From Stylophora pistillata (lineage: Eukaryota), in NCBI RefSeq assembly GCF_002571385.2, contig NW_019217828.1:727204-791203 (forward strand): a stretch of 64,000 nucleotides of DNA, written 5' to 3'. The position numbers and the translations under genes are program-made. Under the pieces are notes generated by a model. It ran no database searches. It saw nothing but the letters and a program-made list of their open reading frames with translations, and was not told the DNA's origin. How positions within the stretch are numbered: the stretch's first letter is position 1; each line of letters opens with the position of its first letter. Below are positions 63,501 through 64,000 of the stretch, piece after piece.

Positions 63501-63648
63501 ACTTACTCCATGGACATCCGTAAAGCTCCATCCTCATGGAAATATGTGACCACCAGCCTCGTGGTTGGATACGAACGAAGCGGGCGTAAATGGCTGGCTT
63601 GAAAGCGTGCGTGCGTAGAGAATATCTGTCGACGTTTCCTGGGAATTG
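214..63648 (-). CDS. Giant multi-exon poly-FA58C (discoidin/F5-8 type C) protein, partial at both ends; 72 exons, ~5,570 aa in window, 8-domain super-repeat
   Basis: All exons read by hand with AG/GT boundaries and compatible phases (a exons 3n+2, b exons 3n+1). FA58C hallmarks in every unit: C..PLG, TASS, AW, QWLQVD, ATQGR, QWV..Y, F.GN.D, RY.RI.P..W, MRVE.YGC. Confidence 0.9.
869..1007 (-). CDS. FA58C D36 class D, exon b
   Basis: 139 nt; LFTANTDRHS..ELYGCS. Confidence 0.9.
1587..1793. mobile_element. MITE with TTAACCCTTT...AAAGGGTTAA ends (piggyBac-like TTAA termini)
   Basis: Terminal inverted repeats; related copy at 12271-12471. Confidence 0.55.
1829..2133 (-). CDS. FA58C D36 class D, exon a
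   Basis: 305 nt; YYNHHLAPWHG..ENGRVK. Confidence 0.9.
2642..2783 (-). CDS. FA58C D35 class C, exon b
   Basis: 142 nt; YFTGNRDQNS..EFFGCPE. Confidence 0.9.
3190..3692 (-). mobile_element. Penelope-like retroelement 3' fragment: GIY-YIG endonuclease plus a hammerhead-like motif
   Basis: VVYEFKCNLCDAGYVGYTRGHLHER..H..IYKH..E..KPTLN is the PLE-type GIY-YIG pattern; runs into an N gap. Confidence 0.8.
3693..4355. other. Assembly gap
   Basis: N run. Confidence 1.
4356..5060 (-). mobile_element. Non-LTR retrotransposon (LINE) reverse transcriptase, C-terminal fragment
   Basis: GIPQGTRLGPILF, IKFVDDLT, LNPTKC, FKLLGV, LESVQRRA; 5' truncated. Confidence 0.85.
5457..5782 (-). CDS. FA58C D35 class C, exon a
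   Basis: 326 nt; CDKPLGMQNGRI..ENSNRK. Confidence 0.9.
6060..6201 (-). CDS. FA58C D34 class B, exon b
   Basis: 142 nt; IFAGNYDRY..EFYGCVI. Confidence 0.9.
6902..7224 (-). CDS. FA58C D34 class B, exon a
   Basis: 323 nt; RCDVPLGVEDGR..FYNYYC..EGRRTK (absent from the ORF track). Confidence 0.9.
7607..7748 (-). CDS. FA58C D33 class A, exon b
   Basis: 142 nt; TFPANQDRYS..ELYGCPW. Confidence 0.9.
8479..8807 (-). CDS. FA58C D33 class A, exon a
   Basis: 329 nt; VCDRPLGMQSGRI..DWWDVVK. Confidence 0.9.
8923..9067 (-). CDS. FA58C D32 class H, exon b
   Basis: 145 nt; RFRGNYDIYHT..ELYGCRYK (weak GAG acceptor). Confidence 0.85.
9250..9385. repeat. Degenerate ~16-17-bp tandem repeat (ATAACGAACYTCCGT-like)
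   Basis: Repeated AACGAAC cores. Confidence 0.55.
9532..9854 (-). CDS. FA58C D32 class H, exon a
   Basis: 323 nt; RCTMPLGMEDRR..GGRLK. Confidence 0.9.
10014..10396. mobile_element. TIR element/MITE with an internal coding relic
   Basis: Imperfect TIRs ACCGTAAAyCCTCTAwTAA; internal TAATAAGCCCCCC repeats. Confidence 0.6.
10667..10808 (-). CDS. FA58C D31 class G, exon b
   Basis: 142 nt; YFTGNRDRNS..EFYGCFT. Confidence 0.9.
11471..11796 (-). CDS. FA58C D31 class G, exon a
   Basis: 326 nt; CNQPMGLQIGRLKNHLM..ERNNRK. Confidence 0.9.
11979..12120 (-). CDS. FA58C D30 class F, exon b
   Basis: 142 nt; IFQANIERYF..ELYGCRL. Confidence 0.9.
12271..12471. mobile_element. MITE, same family as 1587-1793
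   Basis: TAACCCTTT...AAAGGGTTAA ends; shared internal ACCAAGACAGAATTTCT. Confidence 0.55.
12507..12679. repeat. 11-bp minisatellite (TTTGCCTCGAG)n, ~15 copies
   Basis: Direct inspection. Confidence 0.95.
12878..13200 (-). CDS. FA58C D30 class F, exon a
   Basis: 323 nt; MHNHYYGPWSARLQA..EGRKIR. Confidence 0.9.
13334..13475 (-). CDS. FA58C D29 class E, exon b
   Basis: 142 nt; TFRGNYDQNS..EIYGCRA. Confidence 0.9.
13966..14291 (-). CDS. FA58C D29 class E, exon a
   Basis: 326 nt; CSTPLGLQNGRI..FKNNDM. Confidence 0.9.
14550..14688 (-). CDS. FA58C D28 class D, exon b
   Basis: 139 nt; VFSGNSDRHS..ELFGCT. Confidence 0.9.
15282..15586 (-). CDS. FA58C D28 class D, exon a
   Basis: 305 nt; YYNHHLSPWHG..ENKRIK. 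Confidence 0.9.
15699..15771. repeat. 35-bp perfect tandem duplication
   Basis: ACTCTGCCTCACCCCTTCCATGACAGTAGCGCCAG twice. Confidence 0.9.
15937..16200. repeat. Degenerate (GACA)n microsatellite
   Basis: Direct inspection. Confidence 0.9.
16315..16456 (-). CDS. FA58C D27 class C, exon b
   Basis: 142 nt; YFKGNRDQNT..EFYGCVE. Confidence 0.9.
16847..17172 (-). CDS. FA58C D27 class C, exon a
   Basis: 326 nt; MKNGRIHANQI..ENSNRK. Confidence 0.9.
17508..17649 (-). CDS. FA58C D26 class B, exon b
   Basis: 142 nt; IFPGNFDRY..ELYGCVI. Confidence 0.9.
18306..18628 (-). CDS. FA58C D26 class B, exon a
   Basis: 323 nt; YYNYWGSPRMG..EYGRTK. Confidence 0.9.
19120..19261 (-). CDS. FA58C D25 class A, exon b
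   Basis: 142 nt; TFRGNYDRN..EVYGGAW. Confidence 0.9.
19943..20271 (-). CDS. FA58C D25 class A, exon a
   Basis: 329 nt; FCDRVQGLQRGAI..YWWDVIK. Confidence 0.9.
20679..20823 (-). CDS. FA58C D24 class H, exon b
   Basis: 145 nt; VFRGNYDIYHT..ELYGCRYK. Confidence 0.9.
21202..21524 (-). CDS. FA58C D24 class H, exon a
   Basis: 323 nt; CTMPLGMEDRR..YGKVK. Confidence 0.9.
21636..21777 (-). CDS. FA58C D23 class G, exon b
   Basis: 142 nt; YFTGNRDQNT..EFYGCLT. Confidence 0.9.
22146..22471 (-). CDS. FA58C D23 class G, exon a
   Basis: 326 nt; CNRPMGLQNNRLKNHLM..ERNSIK. Confidence 0.9.
22760..22850 (+). mobile_element. Short PLE-type non-autonomous insertion with a minimal hammerhead-like motif
   Basis: CCGACGAAGGGCTAACGCTCGAAACGTCAGC; flanked by direct repeats TACYTTGGAGTCCC (22748-22761, 22848-22861). 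Confidence 0.6.
23016..23087 (-). mobile_element. tRNA-derived SINE head
   Basis: Reverse strand has A-box TAGCTCAATG and B-box GGGTTCAAGCTCC but no complete cloverleaf. Confidence 0.5.
23088..23164. repeat. 21-bp tandem repeat, ~3.5 copies
   Basis: TTCTGAGGTTTCCGCGGGATA. Confidence 0.85.
23314..23455 (-). CDS. FA58C D22 class F, exon b
   Basis: 142 nt; LFQGNTERYF..ELYGCRL. Confidence 0.9.
24015..24337 (-). CDS. FA58C D22 class F, exon a
   Basis: 323 nt; MYNHYYGPWCARLQA..QARRTR. Confidence 0.9.
24778..24959 (-). mobile_element. Same family, longer copy with hammerhead-like motif at 24896-24929, truncated by the N gap
   Basis: Highly similar to the copies at 43061 and 48272. Confidence 0.6.
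24960..25509. other. Assembly gap
   Basis: N run. Confidence 1.
25633..25774 (-). CDS. FA58C D21 class E, exon b
   Basis: 142 nt; LFQANRDQNT..EFYGCPV. Confidence 0.9.
26094..26419 (-). CDS. FA58C D21 class E, exon a
   Basis: 326 nt; CNRALGMQNGRI..FRSSNK. Confidence 0.9.
26983..27121 (-). CDS. FA58C D20 class D, exon b
   Basis: 139 nt; IFTANTDRHS..EFYGCP. Confidence 0.9.
27361..27665 (-). CDS. FA58C D20 class D, exon a
   Basis: 305 nt; YYNHHLSPWHG..ENRGVK. Confidence 0.9.
28132..28273 (-). CDS. FA58C D19 class C, exon b
   Basis: 142 nt; YFTGNRDQNS..EFYGCTE. Confidence 0.9.
30413..30692. mobile_element. MITE with imperfect long terminal inverted repeats
   Basis: AGTCCCTCCTTTTCGG at the left end versus CCGAAAAGGAGGGAGT at the right end. 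Confidence 0.45.
31596..32750 (+). CDS. Intronless rhodopsin-class (class A) GPCR, peptide-receptor-like orphan, nested antisense in the host intron
   Basis: 7 hydrophobic segments; GN (TM1), NMAASD (TM2), CK and IAIDRF (TM3), W (TM4), INPVIC (TM7); first ATG at 31596. Confidence 0.9.
   Translation: MSFPQNTTLLQVLDVIRHDRQQKNCSYQDLPTEVENFKLFMYCCLLLGSLCGNIFIIIIVYKTRDLQKTVNYFIVNMAASDLVSPLVLLPIEIVSMATGSTKSRWYTDGTFGSITCKFINFIAPVSFLVSSQSFVWIAIDRFIAVVLPVRLGLVSRKTRVIAIASTWILAAAISSNHLVSQELHIRDNNSFCGVTLTSTATEGAYFVILLWVQLFINTFGSLFLSPVLYTAMAASLHKQSKALANSGQNIQQNIFKKRKRAIQLSAVTMVTYYLVVTIPVLSHLLYIEVLRFPCIIMKLVGFMGDLCYYGSTVINPVICLSFVQRYRQGLRIILCYCLRKRREKTPNQKQTIQREINSPSGANYRNRRNYNVSAHNEETLDTAL
33330..33493 (+). 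pseudogene. GPCR C-terminal tail relic
   Basis: KRSNVTAKLERISLKEMKNLRGEN resembles the tail of the 38-kb relic; downstream DNA resembles the 3' flank of GPCR2 (~35636-35690). Confidence 0.4.
34387..35433 (+). CDS. Second intronless class A GPCR, tandem paralogue; C-terminal tail cut by TAA at 35431
   Basis: Same motifs (GNIF, NMALSD, IAIDRF, INPF); coding and upstream sequence homologous to the first GPCR. Confidence 0.85.
   Translation: MLLQQNTTQDPDGSKHNHQQTNCSYQELPAAVDNFKLFMYCSVLLCSLCGNIFIIIIVYKHKDLHKTVNYFIVNMALSDLVFPLAWLPVQIVGNANGSISEYWHVGGIFGSITCKFIYFVAHVSVHVSSQSFVWIAIDRFVAFLFPVRLGLISRKIRFIAIASTWSLAAAFNFTFLLGQDLHIEVNHTFCKRTAFISISGQKDFAIYDWFQSIFFYFVPLCLTTLLYTAITAALRKQSKALANSGPNIQRNVFEKRKRAIRLSVVTMVTYFLSVSPAMIVRLHLNKVLPLSCTMFEVLMITGEICYYLSTTINPFIFLSFVQSYRRGLSNILSLCFWKRRNETANKGK
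36456..36722. repeat. 48-bp near-perfect tandem repeat, ~5.5 copies
   Basis: AATCGACATTCAAGCTCAAAATCATCACCTATGTTAGTCTATTGACAC. Confidence 0.95.
37973..38211 (+). pseudogene. GPCR TM7 and C-tail relic
   Basis: YASTVVNLSICLPFVQSYRQGFRNIL matches TM7/helix 8 of the intact paralogues; ends VDTAF* in a shifted frame; no TM1-6. Confidence 0.7.
38861..39186 (-). CDS. FA58C D19 class C, exon a
   Basis: 326 nt; CDKPLGLKNGRI..ENSNRK; followed by a 10.6-kb intron. Confidence 0.9.
39284..39425 (-). CDS. FA58C D18 class B, exon b
   Basis: 142 nt; IFQGNYDRY..EFYGCVV. Confidence 0.9.
39825..40147 (-). CDS. FA58C D18 class B, exon a
   Basis: 323 nt; FYNYYCSPFNG..EGRRTK. Confidence 0.9.
40289..40430 (-). 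CDS. FA58C D17 class A, exon b
   Basis: 142 nt; TFQGNRDRLS..ELYGAPW. Confidence 0.9.
40761..40863. repeat. 21-bp tandem repeat, ~4 copies
   Basis: AAATCTCTTTAGTTTATTGTA. Confidence 0.8.
41127..41455 (-). CDS. FA58C D17 class A, exon a
   Basis: 329 nt; RFYDSPLGLQNNRI..HWWNYVK (Cys replaced by Tyr). Confidence 0.9.
41724..41868 (-). CDS. FA58C D16 class H, exon b
   Basis: 145 nt; VFRGNYDIYHT..ELYGCRLR. Confidence 0.9.
42227..42549 (-). CDS. FA58C D16 class H, exon a
   Basis: 323 nt; YNYNHGPDRARL..YGRVK. Confidence 0.9.
42648..42789 (-). CDS. FA58C D15 class G, exon b
   Basis: 142 nt; YFTGNRDQNT..EFYGCVT. Confidence 0.9.
43061..43234. mobile_element. Same family, fold-back copy with a 12-bp target-site duplication
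   Basis: Inverted arms 43126-43176 and 43184-43234; GGATATTTTTTT on both flanks. Confidence 0.6.
43430..43570. mobile_element. Hairpin-forming interspersed repeat (partial copy at ~22930-23005)
   Basis: GGTCTGTATGGGAGAATCTTGACC and GGTCAAGATTCTCCCATACAGACC are inverted arms. Confidence 0.55.
43894..44219 (-). CDS. FA58C D15 class G, exon a
   Basis: 326 nt; CNRPLGMQTGRI..ERNSIK. Confidence 0.9.
44391..44532 (-). CDS. FA58C D14 class F, exon b
   Basis: 142 nt; IFQGNTERYY..ELYGCRL. Confidence 0.9.
45007..45329 (-). CDS. FA58C D14 class F, exon a
   Basis: 323 nt; RCDVPLGIRDGR..QGRRVK. Confidence 0.9.
45839..45980 (-). CDS. FA58C D13 class E, exon b
   Basis: 142 nt; LFQANRDQNS..EYYGCVA. Confidence 0.9.
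46555..46880 (-). CDS. FA58C D13 class E, exon a
   Basis: 326 nt; CNKPLGLQNHR..FRSAYK. Confidence 0.9.
46984..47122 (-). CDS. FA58C D12 class D, exon b
   Basis: 139 nt; IFNGNTDRHS..EVYGCS. Confidence 0.9.
47643..47947 (-). CDS. FA58C D12 class D, exon a
   Basis: 305 nt; YYNHHLSPWHG..EGRTTK. Confidence 0.9.
48272..48529. mobile_element. Same family, palindromic copy with two opposed hammerhead-like motifs
   Basis: 91-bp inverted arms 48330-48420 and 48439-48529; flanked by (TACA)n. Confidence 0.6.
48837..48978 (-). CDS. FA58C D11 class C, exon b
   Basis: 142 nt; YFQGNRDQNS..EFYGCAE. Confidence 0.9.
49061..49133 (+). tRNA. tRNA-Met(CAT), elongator-type copy, possibly a pseudogene (T1:T72 mismatch)
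   Basis: TCCTCGTTAGCGCAGAAGGCAGCGCGTCAGTCTCATAATCTGAAGGTCGTGAGTTCGATCCTCACACGGGGTA; anticodon loop CTCATAA; GTTCGA T-loop; TTTT follows. Confidence 0.85.
49729..50054 (-). CDS. FA58C D11 class C, exon a
   Basis: 326 nt; MQNGRIRAHQL..ENSNRK. Confidence 0.9.
50442..50583 (-). CDS. FA58C D10 class B, exon b
   Basis: 142 nt; IFPGNYDQH..ELYGCVV. Confidence 0.9.
50981..51303 (-). CDS. FA58C D10 class B, exon a
   Basis: 323 nt; RCDMPLGIEDKR..VGGRTK. Confidence 0.9.
51789..51930 (-). CDS. FA58C D9 class A, exon b
   Basis: 142 nt; TFQGNRDQLS..ELYGSPW. Confidence 0.9.
52708..53039 (-). CDS. FA58C D9 class A, exon a
   Basis: 332 nt; FCDAPVGLQSGRI..YWWNYAPR. Confidence 0.9.
53131..53275 (-). CDS. 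FA58C D8 class H, exon b
   Basis: 145 nt; MFRGNFDIYHT..ELYGGRLR (Cys replaced by Gly). Confidence 0.9.
54007..54329 (-). CDS. FA58C D8 class H, exon a
   Basis: 323 nt; DRFTMPLGMEDRR..FGRVK (N-terminal Cys replaced by Phe). Confidence 0.9.
54754..54895 (-). CDS. FA58C D7 class G, exon b
   Basis: 142 nt; YFSGNHDRNT..EFYGCRI. Confidence 0.9.
55218..55543 (-). CDS. FA58C D7 class G, exon a
   Basis: 326 nt; MGLQSGRLKNHM..ERNSRK. Confidence 0.9.
55820..55961 (-). CDS. FA58C D6 class F, exon b
   Basis: 142 nt; VFQGNIER..ELYGCRL. Confidence 0.9.
56062..56384 (-). CDS. FA58C D6 class F, exon a
   Basis: 323 nt; MYNHYYGPWSARLQA..HGRNVK. Confidence 0.9.
56525..57815. repeat. 27-bp minisatellite, ~47 units, consensus TTTTGGCCACTAGTGGCAGATTTCCSA
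   Basis: Direct inspection; gives 9-aa periodic ORFs on both strands. Confidence 0.95.
58206..58347 (-). CDS. FA58C D5 class E, exon b
   Basis: 142 nt; FFQGNRDRNS..EFYGCRA. Confidence 0.9.
58893..59209 (-). CDS. FA58C D5 class E, exon a
   Basis: 317 nt (3 codons shorter than other E copies); SSEYNKYH..NSQDK. Confidence 0.85.
59575..59745. repeat. Degenerate (TCAA)n/(TCTG)n microsatellite
   Basis: Direct inspection. Confidence 0.8.
59826..59964 (-). CDS. FA58C D4 class D, exon b
   Basis: 139 nt; VFTGNSNRHS..EIYGCY. Confidence 0.9.
60199..60503 (-). CDS. FA58C D4 class D, exon a
   Basis: 305 nt; YYNHNLSPWHGRLN..EGRGTK. Confidence 0.9.
61055..61196 (-). CDS. FA58C D3 class C, exon b
   Basis: 142 nt; YLVGNRDQNS..ELYGCSA. 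Confidence 0.9.
61382..61707 (-). CDS. FA58C D3 class C, exon a
   Basis: 326 nt; CNQPLGMQNGRI..HNSNRK. Confidence 0.9.
62133..62274 (-). CDS. FA58C D2 class B, exon b
   Basis: 142 nt; IFRGNYDRY..EFYGCVY. Confidence 0.9.
62517..62839 (-). CDS. FA58C D2 class B, exon a
   Basis: 323 nt; HCDMPLGLEDGR..REGRTTK; AG/GT. Confidence 0.9.
63507..63648 (-). CDS. FA58C D1 class A, exon b
   Basis: 142 nt; QFPGNVDRYS..ELYGCPW; AG/GT. Confidence 0.9.
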
Positions 63649-64000
63649 CTGCGAAAGAAACAAAAAAATTCCATTAATTCTTCTCACAGGTGTGGTAAGA
63701 TGATGACTTTATAGTTTGATTAGTCTTTGCCTCGTTTACTTCAGCATGGAGTTCACAGGTGTTTTGCTGCCACTGGTGGATCCTTTCTAGTTCTTTCAAG
63801 GTACTTGGAATGTTTTTCTGTGCTCATTTAACCCTTGGACCCCCCGAGAGTAACTAGAATCTAATTTCTCTTTACAATATCACTCCTGAATCAAACATTA
63901 AGGTCATAAGAATAAAGGAAACGATCAACAACTAAAGAAGCTCTTGATTGTTCAACATATTCTCCTTAGCAGCACCTTAAGAAATGTATGGAGAAAAGTA

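Noticed and set aside
214-63648. Cluster of separate lactadherin/EDIL3-like genes, or a Dscam-style mutually exclusive exon array
   Set aside because: No signal peptides, EGF exons, starts or stops between domains; a and b exons strictly alternate in compatible phases rather than forming blocks of alternatives

Overview
Eukaryotic, intron-rich animal DNA. The repeat families and GPCR style suggest a scleractinian coral or other anthozoan, but that is inference. The whole window is spanned by one minus-strand gene with neither start nor end visible. I resolved 72 exons with GT/AG boundaries, about 16.7 kb of coding sequence (~5,570 aa). They encode only tandem F5/8 type C (FA58C/discoidin) domains: 35 complete plus 2 halves. 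Each domain is split into a 305-332 nt 'a' exon and a 139-145 nt 'b' exon, with a phase-0 intron inside the domain and phase-1 introns between domains. The domains fall into 8 sequence classes (labelled A-H here) repeating in strict order for ~4.5 cycles, a super-repeat of ~1,239 aa per cycle with an underlying two-domain alternation. The domains are very basic and aromatic. A 10.6-kb intron inside domain 19 holds an antisense cluster of intronless rhodopsin-class GPCR genes (two full 7TM ORFs plus relics). Other introns hold a Penelope-like GIY-YIG fragment, a LINE RT fragment, short elements with minimal hammerhead-ribozyme-like motifs, a tRNA-Met copy, MITEs and mini/microsatellites. There are two assembly gaps (3693-4355, 24960-25509). 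Domains are numbered D1-D37 in transcription order (descending coordinates).
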